64,000 nucleotides of DNA from NCBI GenBank assembly GCA_964581035.1, contig CAZOLO010000001.1:7190-71189 (forward strand), written 5' to 3'. The notes below the pieces were generated by a model. That model did not search any database, had not been told where the DNA came from, and was given only the letters and a program-made list of their open reading frames with translations. The translations under genes were made by a program, and so were the position numbers. Source of the DNA: an uncultured Candidatus Saccharibacteria bacterium. GTDB lineage: Bacteria > Patescibacteriota > Minisyncoccia > Phycocordibacterales > CSBR16-119. Within the stretch, counting starts at the first letter, position 1, and each line of letters opens with the position of its first letter. Positions 1 through 7,682 of the stretch are shown here, in pieces.

Positions 1-351
1 ACAAATATTGATGGATACTTGGCCTCATCTAAGTTCATCACAAAAATGCTTGCTGTTCTTGTTATCGGAATAAATGGTGGAATTTTAAATCTTATAATAT
101 CTCCAAGAATTCAAGAGATCACATTTGGGGGGAAGCACACCCACCATGCTGGTGAGCTAGCAAGACTTAGAAAATTTGCATTTGCCACAGGTGCGATATC
201 TATTTCCTCATGGTTACTTGTTTTTGTTCTTGGTTCAATTAGGTCTATTCCATATACTGTAGGACAAGGTATTGGTTTATATGTAGTAGTTATATTACTG
301 GCTGTATTGGGAAGTCAGGTGTATGCTCACATGCTTTCTAAAAAGGCTTGA
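1..351 (+). CDS. membrane protein, 5'-truncated by window edge
   Basis: Frame open from base 1; three hydrophobic segments; TGA stop at 349-351; no integrase motifs. Confidence 0.7.
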   Translation, partial: TNIDGYLASSKFITKMLAVLVIGINGGILNLIISPRIQEITFGGKHTHHAGELARLRKFAFATGAISISSWLLVFVLGSIRSIPYTVGQGIGLYVVVILLAVLGSQVYAHMLSKKA

Positions 352-418
352 TAAAAAGGCTTTTTTCAAGTATTCTTGTTTCTGCCGGCCTTAAAGTTAT
401 AGGTAGGCAGAAATATAT

Positions 419-494
419 GGTGGCTATGGTATAACGGTCATTACTTCGGTTTGTGGTACCGACAATTCGGGTTCGATTCCCGATAGTCACCCCA
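419..494 (+). tRNA. tRNA-His (GTG)
   Basis: G-1 at 419; acceptor GTGGCTA/TAGTCAC; anticodon stem TCGGT/ACCGA with loop TTGTGGT (GTG 453-455); T-arm TCGGG-TTCGATT-CCCGA; discriminator C and encoded CCA 492-494. Confidence 0.95.
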
Positions 495-572
495 TTCATA
501 TATATCAATGAGACCTTGTAATATAAGGTCTTTTTGATTGCTTGGATGATACCCCTAACAAGAAATCGAACT
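489..572. repeat. cassette-boundary repeat copy 1 (core plus right arm; left arm replaced by tRNA-His)
   Basis: ACCCCATTCATATATATCAATGAGACCTTG (489-518) identical in copies 2-4; hairpin AGACCTT...AAGGTCT plus T-run; right arm ACCCCTAACARGAAATCGAA. Confidence 0.93.
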
Positions 573-591
573 TTTTGGTATGATTTGTCTT

Positions 592-1767
592 ATGGAAAAT
601 GAAAAATCAGAATATAAAGATCTAACTCAACACGAGCTTGAGGCACTAAAGAACGAATTTAATTTAGCAGATGCTCACACACACCAGTCTCAATCTGTAT
701 CACAGAGAAAAATTGTAGAAAGTCTGCCAGAAATTTGGTATGAATCTGAAAGACTAATGCAACACGAATCAGATGAACGTTTTATCAAGGCTTTTTTTAC
801 TTTTCATAAACAACCAAAAGCTCTGGAAACTCCATCAATGCTTGTTTATGCGTCATCTATTGCAATGGTTATTGCCTCTAATTATTTCAAGAAAAAAGAC
901 TTATCTGTCGCATTGATAAGTCCCTGCTTTGATAATCTTCCAGACATTATGAAGCATATGCAGATTCCTCTTGAGCCATTACTTGAAGAATGGATGCATA
1001 ACCCTGATGAGCTTTATGACAACCTTAAAAACAATGTTAAATCAGATGTTTTATTTATTGTAAGCCCAAACAATCCAACTGGATGGGAGCTCACAGGAGG
1101 GGTGGGGACAGACTTTAAGAAGGGATTTGAGGAGCTTATTAGATATGCAAAAGATCACAACAAGATTCTTTCTTTTGACTTTTGTTTTGCATCTGCAATT
1201 CTTCACGACGAAAATACGCCAACCTTTGATGTATATGGCCTCCTTGAAGAGTCTGGAGTTAGTTACGTTGCGTACGAGGACACAGGTAAAACCTGGCCTC
1301 TTCAAGATGCTAAAGCTGCCATCCTGAAATGTAGCAAGGATATTTACCCTGAACTGTACGATATTCATACTGCGTATCTTTTAAATGTTTCACCTTTTAT
1401 TTTGAATGTCATCACTGAGTACATAAATGATTCCATTAAAGATGGGGGAGATTCAATAATAGGCCTGCTTGAAAGAAATAAAGAGATAACAAAGAACTAT
1501 CTGGATGGTGAATATTTTGAAATGCATGAGCCTAAAATACCAATCAGCGTTGCTTGGTTAAAGATTAAAAATCCCAACATCAAAGCGACGGATCTTCAGA
1601 AAAAAATATACGAAAAAGCAAAAGTGTATGTGCTTCCTGGAACCTACTTCTTTTGGGATAACCCAGAAAAAGGAGAGAGGTACATAAGGCTCGCTCTTGC
1701 TCGTGATACAGAAATATTAGAAGGGGCAGTTAAGGCAATAGCAGAAATAATCCCAGATCTTAAATAA
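592..1767 (+). CDS. rohP: RohP/MppP-family PLP-dependent L-arginine oxidase
   Basis: Motifs LTQHE, NLADAHTHQ, PCFDNL, PNNPTG, DFCFAS, EDTGKTWP (PLP lysine), LLNVSPF, VLPGTYFFW match the RohP sequence as recalled; start moved to ATG 592 (-10 box at 579-584). Confidence 0.85.
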   Translation: MENEKSEYKDLTQHELEALKNEFNLADAHTHQSQSVSQRKIVESLPEIWYESERLMQHESDERFIKAFFTFHKQPKALETPSMLVYASSIAMVIASNYFKKKDLSVALISPCFDNLPDIMKHMQIPLEPLLEEWMHNPDELYDNLKNNVKSDVLFIVSPNNPTGWELTGGVGTDFKKGFEELIRYAKDHNKILSFDFCFASAILHDENTPTFDVYGLLEESGVSYVAYEDTGKTWPLQDAKAAILKCSKDIYPELYDIHTAYLLNVSPFILNVITEYINDSIKDGGDSIIGLLERNKEITKNYLDGEYFEMHEPKIPISVAWLKIKNPNIKATDLQKKIYEKAKVYVLPGTYFFWDNPEKGERYIRLALARDTEILEGAVKAIAEIIPDLK

Positions 1768-1768
1768 A

Positions 1769-2566
1769 ATGACAAAAAAAGGAGACATAAAAGGTTTATA
1801 TATTCCGATAATTACGCCTATGAAAAAGGGGAAGGTTGATCTTACCTCTATGGGTAGGTTGATGGATTTTGTTGATCCTTTTATTGATGGTTTTGCACCA
1901 TGCTTGTCTTCTGGGGAGGGTGATGTTTTAAATGATGAACAGTGGCAAGAGGTTGTTTCATTTGTTAAATCTAAAACCACTAAACCTATTTTTGTTGGAA
2001 TAAAAAGAGGATCAATTGAGGATGTATTAAGGTTAGCAAACGCTGCTAAAGAAATTGGGTGTGAAGGCCTTACAATTCCTGTCCCAAGTAATGATATAGA
2101 TGAAACAAAAAGATTTTTTGAAAAAATTACTTCTAACGTAGACTTACCAATTATTATTTATAATACGGAAACCAAAAACATAAAGACTCTCAGAGACCTA
2201 AAGGTCGTTGATGAAAATGAAAGGATTGTCGCCATTAAGGATAGCTCCATGAATAAAGGATTCTTTGAATCTGTTTGTTCTGCGCGGGTCTCAGGAGGGT
2301 TAAAAATGAACGCTTTGCAAGGATTAGAACACTTGTTGGATACTCCAGAGGGTTGTGACGGTTATTTGGTCTCACTCTTAAATGTGGAGCCAAAACTTAC
2401 AAAACAATACTTTCTTGAGAGGGGGGAAAAAGAACATCAAGAGATTATGGATAAGTTTTACGAGTATAACCTTGGCGGAGAATGGTTTGTTACATTAAAA
2501 GCACTGCTTTATGCGAGAGGTCTAATCTCTTCTGCTGAACAGGTTAAGCAAGAAATTAAAATATGA
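1769..2566 (+). CDS. rohR: DHDPS/NAL-family class I aldolase, RohR-like retro-aldolase
   Basis: IPIITP, SSGEG, IIIYN (Tyr), AIKDSS (Schiff-base Lys); starts 1 nt after the rohP-like stop. Confidence 0.75.
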   Translation: MTKKGDIKGLYIPIITPMKKGKVDLTSMGRLMDFVDPFIDGFAPCLSSGEGDVLNDEQWQEVVSFVKSKTTKPIFVGIKRGSIEDVLRLANAAKEIGCEGLTIPVPSNDIDETKRFFEKITSNVDLPIIIYNTETKNIKTLRDLKVVDENERIVAIKDSSMNKGFFESVCSARVSGGLKMNALQGLEHLLDTPEGCDGYLVSLLNVEPKLTKQYFLERGEKEHQEIMDKFYEYNLGGEWFVTLKALLYARGLISSAEQVKQEIKI

Positions 2567-3030
2567 AAAAATTTATAGACCACACTGTTTTTATGGGAAT
2601 GAATAGCTCTGATGATAAAGTTCGGATTGCTTGTAAAAACTTTTTTATCGAATCTTTAGAAAATAAAGAAAAGTTACATATGAGCCTTGAATCTGTTGGT
2701 ATGTGTGATGATATTGTTTGGGGCTACGAAAGAGAGGTGCAGGATAGTTATTATCCTTTTATGGACAAGTTACACACGGTTATGGATGTTGAAAGAATCG
2801 CCTATGGAGAAGAAGACATTTTAGGTATTAATTCAAACTCAAATCTTTCAATTACGGATATCCTGACGATAAACCAGTCTTTAAAAGGTATTCTATATAC
2901 TTTGAATAAAAAAATATTGTCTTCTGATAAAGAAAATATCATGTCGCCAGAGATGTCAAATGAAGAACTTGTTTTCCCTGATGGTTTGGAGGAAGACTAT
3001 CAAACCTCGCTTGTTTTAAGATATAAATAG
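2563..3030 (+). CDS. rohQ: RohQ-like cyclodehydratase (DUF6190-like)
   Basis: FIDxxxFMGM, RIACKNFF, MSLExVGxCDDxVWGY, QDxYYPFMDxLHT, FPxxLExxYQxSLxLR; start overlaps the previous gene's end. Confidence 0.75.
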   Translation: MKKFIDHTVFMGMNSSDDKVRIACKNFFIESLENKEKLHMSLESVGMCDDIVWGYEREVQDSYYPFMDKLHTVMDVERIAYGEEDILGINSNSNLSITDILTINQSLKGILYTLNKKILSSDKENIMSPEMSNEELVFPDGLEEDYQTSLVLRYK

Positions 3031-3035
3031 GTTTT

Positions 3036-3142
3036 TAGTTCTAAAACTTTCCACCAAACGACCCCATTCATATATATCAATGAGACCTTGTAATATAAGG
3101 TCTTTTTGATTTCTTGGGTTACACCCCTAACAGGAAATCGAA
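3036..3142. repeat. cassette-boundary repeat copy 2 (full)
   Basis: Left arm TAGTTCTAAAACTTTCCACCAAACG, 30-bp core 3061-3090, hairpin, right arm. Confidence 0.93.
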
Positions 3143-3174
3143 ATAAGAGATTCGCTTAACGGCAGGGTTTTTGT

Positions 3175-3951
3175 TTACATTTTCTTTGATTTCTCCCAGA
3201 TAAAATCGAACCAGGTTGAAAGCATTATTGCCATGCTTTCATTCTCTATGAGTGTTCCAAATAGGTTATCCTTAAGAGAGTAAAGGGCAATCTTGTTATC
3301 CCAAATAATTATATTTGATTTCATTCTTATTTTACCTTTGGGTCTTTTTCTTAAGTCTCTTAGGTATTTTTTATCATTCTCAAAAACTTCACCAGGTAAT
3401 CTTTTTGAGTCAGGGCGAATACCTTTAAGTTTTTTGCTATCTCTAAATCGTTTCTCATGGTATTTAGTTATGAAATCCTTACCCAGCTTTTCTGCTACAT
3501 CTAATTCGGAACCTGCGATTCTAATAACACCATCCTCTGAATCAAGGCTCTTCCACAAAAGTTTTTGTAAATTATCAGCTCCCTCATAATAAGAAACTTT
3601 AGTTGTGGATGAAGTGTTGTCAGATTGTATATCCTCAAAGAAGGGGAGCAATGTATTAAGCTCATTTTTTAAGTCAGAGATATGGGACTCTTTATTCTCC
3701 AGAAGCTTAATAAGTTCTTGTGGTCTAACAGCCTCAAGTTTTTTCCCATAAGCCCCTCCTGTTGTATGACAGACCCCTTTCTTTTCCAGCTTTTTGGCTA
3801 TGTCATAAAGGTTCGTTCTTGTTGATTGGGTTCCTTTTGCCACGCTTGTCATCAGCTGGGGGCCTTTCTGTAGACAGTATAAATAAACACGAATCTCTTT
3901 CGTGGACAGTTCTAATTTTCCGAGAAACTGTTTTATTTTGTTGCTTTTCAT
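3175..3951 (-). CDS. TrmB-family HTH transcriptional regulator
   Basis: N-terminal LELSTKEIRVYLYCL...RTNLYDIAKKLEKKG wHTH, YYEGxD linker, C-terminal IIIWDNKIA...WFDFIW. Confidence 0.85.
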   Translation of the reverse strand: MKSNKIKQFLGKLELSTKEIRVYLYCLQKGPQLMTSVAKGTQSTRTNLYDIAKKLEKKGVCHTTGGAYGKKLEAVRPQELIKLLENKESHISDLKNELNTLLPFFEDIQSDNTSSTTKVSYYEGADNLQKLLWKSLDSEDGVIRIAGSELDVAEKLGKDFITKYHEKRFRDSKKLKGIRPDSKRLPGEVFENDKKYLRDLRKRPKGKIRMKSNIIIWDNKIALYSLKDNLFGTLIENESMAIMLSTWFDFIWEKSKKM

Positions 3952-4039
3952 GAAGTGTTGTCGAAAGTATTACGACATGTGTACATACTATTCTATATTC
4001 TATATATTGCAAGTAGATCAATCTTTAAAAAACAGAAAA

Positions 4040-4540
4040 ATGAAAAGGAGATTAATAGACGAGTATGTGCTTTATCCAGAATTATCGCAAAAATACTTCA
4101 AGCAGTATTTTGAAAGAGATACCAAAAGTCTTTATGAATTCTACAATTTAGATTTAACAGAAATTAAGGTGTTTAGAAATCTTCACATGTTAGAGGGCGT
4201 GGGTATGGAGTTAGAAATTCCAAAGAGGTTACAGGCTTTGAATAAAAATACCCATGGAGGATGCCTTTCTTTTATCTTTGACGCTGTTATGGGTGTCGGT
4301 CTGGGTTTTCCCATGCTTATGCCAGAAAACTGCATTATGCAAACACGAGAGATTACAAAGATTGAAATCTTTAAACCGGTACCCACAGGAGAGAAAGTTC
4401 TTATCGTAGCAGAGATTGTAAAGTCGGTGGAGAACAGGAAGTTCTGGGTGAGTTCAGAGATCAGGAACAAGCAAAGGGAGACCTTGGCTGTAGCTGAAGG
4501 TTTCTTTCTAAAGGTTCAGATAAATGACTTATTAGATTGA
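4040..4540 (+). CDS. PaaI-family hotdog-fold thioesterase
   Basis: NTHGGCLSFIFDAVMG, FKPVPTG, LAVAEG motifs; start ATG 4040 avoids overlap with the divergent regulator. Confidence 0.8.
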   Translation: MKRRLIDEYVLYPELSQKYFKQYFERDTKSLYEFYNLDLTEIKVFRNLHMLEGVGMELEIPKRLQALNKNTHGGCLSFIFDAVMGVGLGFPMLMPENCIMQTREITKIEIFKPVPTGEKVLIVAEIVKSVENRKFWVSSEIRNKQRETLAVAEGFFLKVQINDLLD

Positions 4541-4549
4541 AATATAATA

Positions 4550-4578
4550 AAGCCCCTTCATATTTTGGAGGGGTTTTT
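4550..4578 (+). terminator. intrinsic terminator
   Basis: AAGCCCCTTCA...TGGAGGGGTTTTT hairpin plus T-run after the thioesterase stop. Confidence 0.6.
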
Positions 4579-4593
4579 AATTTGGCAATATCT

Positions 4594-4702
4594 TAGTTTT
4601 AAAACATTCCACCAAACGACCCCATTCATATATATCAATGAGACCTTGAAACACAAGGTCTTTTTGATTACCCAGGTGGCACCCCTAACAGGAAATCGAA
4701 CT
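4594..4702. repeat. cassette-boundary repeat copy 3 (full)
   Basis: Left arm with 2 substitutions, core 4619-4648, hairpin loop AAACA, right arm ending GAACT. Confidence 0.93.
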
Positions 4703-4834
4703 AAAAATGTAGAATTTGTAATTTTTTGACAAATTTGCAAAAACATTTTTTGTTTGTTATTTTGTAAGTATAGACACCTTAGAACGTCATATATGGTGTA
4801 AAGGTAATTATTAGATTTAATTTTTTTAATAAAT

Positions 4835-5557
4835 ATGAAAACAAAAACAAAAGTTTTAACAAAAGAGGTAATGTCAGCAGTTGTTCTTATGTCATTCCTG
4901 CTTATACCACTCTTCGGAGCATCGGCTCAGATCGGATTGGATCTTAATGGAGAGACTAACTCTGAGACATCGGTAGGCGGAGACGGTGATGCCTCTATGG
5001 ATACAACATCAGAAGTTAACGTAAATCTTGACTCTAGCTCTAACACAAATACTAATAATGAAAATGGACTCACTGTTGAGGTTGATGGAGTAGATCTTTC
5101 AGTCGAATCATCATCTCAGGTAAATTCAGAAGCAGATCTTTCAGCATTTAGTTCTAATACTGAAATGAAGAACGAAAACATTGCAAAAGTTAAGGTTGGC
5201 GGTGATTCGTCAGGTGAAGCTGAGGCAAAGATTGTCTACAAGCATGATGCAAAATTCCTTGGATTTATTCCTGTAAAGATTAAATCTCGAACAACTGTTG
5301 AGTCAGAGACTCAGGGAGAAGTTAAGGTGCGATCAAGATTAGCTTGGTGGAGCTTCTTTGCAAGTAATATTGCATATAACAAATCAGACGTTGAGTCTCG
5401 AATTAAAAACAACGCACGAGTACAGGCCAGATCTCAAGTTGGACTTAATGCTAAAGCAAAAGCTGAAATTGCAGAGGAGGTCATTTCTGAAATTAAGGCA
5501 AGCACAGAAGCAGCTGCACAAGTAAAAGCTTCAGGTTCAGCATCAGTTGGATACTAA
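4835..5557 (+). CDS. secreted or surface hypothetical protein
   Basis: Signal-peptide-like N-terminus, Ser/Asn/Glu-rich linker, KFLGFIPV and RLAWWSF motifs. Confidence 0.75.
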   Translation: MKTKTKVLTKEVMSAVVLMSFLLIPLFGASAQIGLDLNGETNSETSVGGDGDASMDTTSEVNVNLDSSSNTNTNNENGLTVEVDGVDLSVESSSQVNSEADLSAFSSNTEMKNENIAKVKVGGDSSGEAEAKIVYKHDAKFLGFIPVKIKSRTTVESETQGEVKVRSRLAWWSFFASNIAYNKSDVESRIKNNARVQARSQVGLNAKAKAEIAEEVISEIKASTEAAAQVKASGSASVGY

Positions 5558-5559
5558 AG

Positions 5560-5633
5560 TAGTTCTAAAACTTTCCACCAAACGACCCCATTCATATATA
5601 TCAATGAGACCTTGAAACACAAGGTCTTTTTGA
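5560..5633. repeat. cassette-boundary repeat copy 4 (left arm, core, hairpin; different right flank)
   Basis: Left arm identical to copy 2; core 5585-5614; hairpin identical to copy 3. Confidence 0.92.
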
Positions 5634-5699
5634 GGTGAGTCGCCATCTAGGTGGTAGAGGGCTCCCTGAGATAGGATTACTTTGATGTATAATAAAATT

Positions 5700-6236
5700 A
5701 TGAATCACGAACATCACAATCATTCAGGTATGAAAATTCATACCGAACAAAAGAAAGGTTTTAAACAGTTTATTCCACTTGTTTTTATGGCGGCAGTGGT
5801 GGTTGTACTCACTCTTGTTTTTAATGCAATCTGTCCACTAGAAGCACCTGTGCCAGTTATGAGAAATTTCATGGGTTCATTTTTCTTGGTCTTTGGACTC
5901 CTTAAACTTTTCAAGTTAAAAGATTTTGCTACTGCATATGCCAAGTATGATCTGCTAGCAATGAGATCAAAATTATATGCAAAAGCATATCCCTTTATTG
6001 AGCTTGCGTTGGCGGCGGTCTACTTGTTTAATTTTGAATTACTTATCACCAGCTGGGTGACTGCAGTTTTGATGCTTGTGGGTGCGCTTGGTGTGTATAT
6101 TAAACTTAGAAAGAAAGAAGAGATTCAGTGCGCATGTCTTGGAACCGTGTTTAAGCTGCCGATGACATATGTTACTCTTGTTGAAGACTTGCTTATGGCT
6201 GGCATGGCGATTTATATAATAATTAAATTAATTTAG
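5700..6236 (+). CDS. MauE/DoxX-family membrane protein with His-rich N-terminus
   Basis: FMGSFFLVFG, FAxAYAKYDLLA, YPFIE, CACLG, EDLLM motifs; ATG 5700 lies 6 nt after TATAAT. Confidence 0.82.
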   Translation: MNHEHHNHSGMKIHTEQKKGFKQFIPLVFMAAVVVVLTLVFNAICPLEAPVPVMRNFMGSFFLVFGLLKLFKLKDFATAYAKYDLLAMRSKLYAKAYPFIELALAAVYLFNFELLITSWVTAVLMLVGALGVYIKLRKKEEIQCACLGTVFKLPMTYVTLVEDLLMAGMAIYIIIKLI

Positions 6237-6241
6237 AAAAT

Positions 6242-6709
6242 ATGAATAAAAAAGTAACAAATATAATTTTAGGACTTATTGGAATAGGGGCTATTGTTCT
6301 TCTTGTTTGGGGAGGGGGTAATTCTTCGGTTGAAGAAAATCCAATTGTTTCAACAAGTGGAACAGAGGTTCCATGTCTTCCAAATGGTCACCAAGCTGTG
6401 GCTCAGCACATTCACCCAGTTATCAGCATTAGTGTTGATGGAGAAGAAGAGTTTATTCCAGCAAATGTTGGTATTGAGGGTCTGTGTATGAGAGAGGTTC
6501 ATACACATGACGCAACAGGGACGATTCATATCGAAACAAAAGAGGTAAACACGACATACACACTGCCTGACTTCTTTGCTGTGTTGGGAGCGCCTATGGA
6601 GCGAGAGGGGTACTCTATGACAGCAACAAAAGACGAGGAAGAGGTTTCTCCAGAAGAGCTGGTTTTCGAGGATGGCTCAATGGTAGAGGTTAGATACATT
6701 TCAATTTAG
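6242..6709 (+). CDS. membrane-anchored hypothetical protein with HIH/HTHD/HIE putative metal-binding motifs
   Basis: N-terminal TM; QHIHP, IPANVGI, EVHTHDATGTIHIE. Confidence 0.75.
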   Translation: MNKKVTNIILGLIGIGAIVLLVWGGGNSSVEENPIVSTSGTEVPCLPNGHQAVAQHIHPVISISVDGEEEFIPANVGIEGLCMREVHTHDATGTIHIETKEVNTTYTLPDFFAVLGAPMEREGYSMTATKDEEEVSPEELVFEDGSMVEVRYISI

Positions 6710-6736
6710 TTCTAGCTCCTTCATTAAACGACTCAA
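6707..6736. repeat. degenerate fifth copy of the left arm
   Basis: TAGTTCTA...TTC...AAACGAC aligns with the left arm and overlaps the TAG stop of the preceding gene. Confidence 0.55.
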
Positions 6737-6900
6737 AATAGACACAACAGTATATACATACCCCAGGACATCCTCTGTTTCGCTTTAAATTCAAAATAGG
6801 CGCACAGCTACTTTTTTCGCTCATCTTGAGCAAAGCTCAATTCACCTTAAAAACCTTGATTAACGGCAGGGTTTTTATTTTTTCTTGCTATACTTAACAA

Positions 6901-7659
6901 ATGGAAATATTAATTACATTACTGGTTTCGCTAGGTATTAATCTAACTATGTTTATACCGGCTTTTATATTTAAAACAGACAAATTAACCGACATTTCAT
7001 ATGCTGTTACCTTTGTTGTTGTTGCATTGTTTGGTTTATTATCTGGTGAAATCTCACTACTAAAAATTCTATATGTCGCAGCTATCGGTCTTTGGGCTAT
7101 TAGACTTGGCTCATATCTTCTTATTCGTATTCGAAAAATTGGTAGAGACAAAAGATTTGATGGCAAGAGAGATAATTTCTTTTGGTTTCTTCGGTTTTGG
7201 GTTTTGCAAGGTATTACTGTTTGGGTGGTGATGATACCGGGAACATATTTTCTAAATGGTTCAGTTTCAAAAAATCTTCTTTGGCCTATTTTGGGAATAA
7301 TTGTTTTTGTTGCAGGTCTTTTGATTGAGACTTTTGCTGATTTGCAAAAATATAGATTTATCAATAATCCTGAAAACAAAGGTCAGTGGATAGATTCTGG
7401 ATTATGGTCTATTTCTCGTCATCCAAACTATCTCGGGGAGATTATGGTTTGGGTGGGGCTCTATCTTTTTGCAGCTCCTTCGCTTGTCGGAAATACAATA
7501 TGGGTAGGACTAATTGGGCCAGGATTTATCGCTTATATGATTATTTTTGTTAGCGGAATACCTATTTTGGAAAAGGGGGCAGACAAGATGTGGGGTGATA
7601 ATCCTAGATACCAAGAATATAAAAATAGAGCAGGAATGCTGCTTCCAAAAATATTTTAA
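6901..7659 (+). CDS. DUF1295 (steroid 5-alpha-reductase-like) membrane protein
   Basis: WAIRLG, DKRF, ETFADLQK, GLWSISRHPNYLGE motifs. Confidence 0.9.
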   Translation: MEILITLLVSLGINLTMFIPAFIFKTDKLTDISYAVTFVVVALFGLLSGEISLLKILYVAAIGLWAIRLGSYLLIRIRKIGRDKRFDGKRDNFFWFLRFWVLQGITVWVVMIPGTYFLNGSVSKNLLWPILGIIVFVAGLLIETFADLQKYRFINNPENKGQWIDSGLWSISRHPNYLGEIMVWVGLYLFAAPSLVGNTIWVGLIGPGFIAYMIIFVSGIPILEKGADKMWGDNPRYQEYKNRAGMLLPKIF

Positions 7660-7682
7660 AAAAACCTCATAAATGAGGTTTT

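Noticed and set aside
489-518. XerC/D dif or pdif site
   Set aside because: No recognisable XerD arm (TTATGTTAAAT-like) or 11-6-11 layout
592-3030. Complete azomycin or enduracididine gene cluster
   Set aside because: No RohS-like diiron oxidase and no MppQ/MppR-like genes in the window; only the first three Roh-like steps are supported
3036-3142. Classical integron attC site
   Set aside because: The ends read GTT...AAC rather than RYYYAAC...GTTRRRY, the unit is not one long imperfect hairpin, and no intI is visible
3902-4039. N-terminal extension of the thioesterase ORF in the ORF track
   Set aside because: It overlaps the divergent regulator and its promoter region; ATG 4040 is more plausible
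489-5633. CRISPR array interpretation of the 30-bp identical repeat
   Set aside because: Intervals are about 1-2.5 kb and contain whole genes; no cas genes in the window
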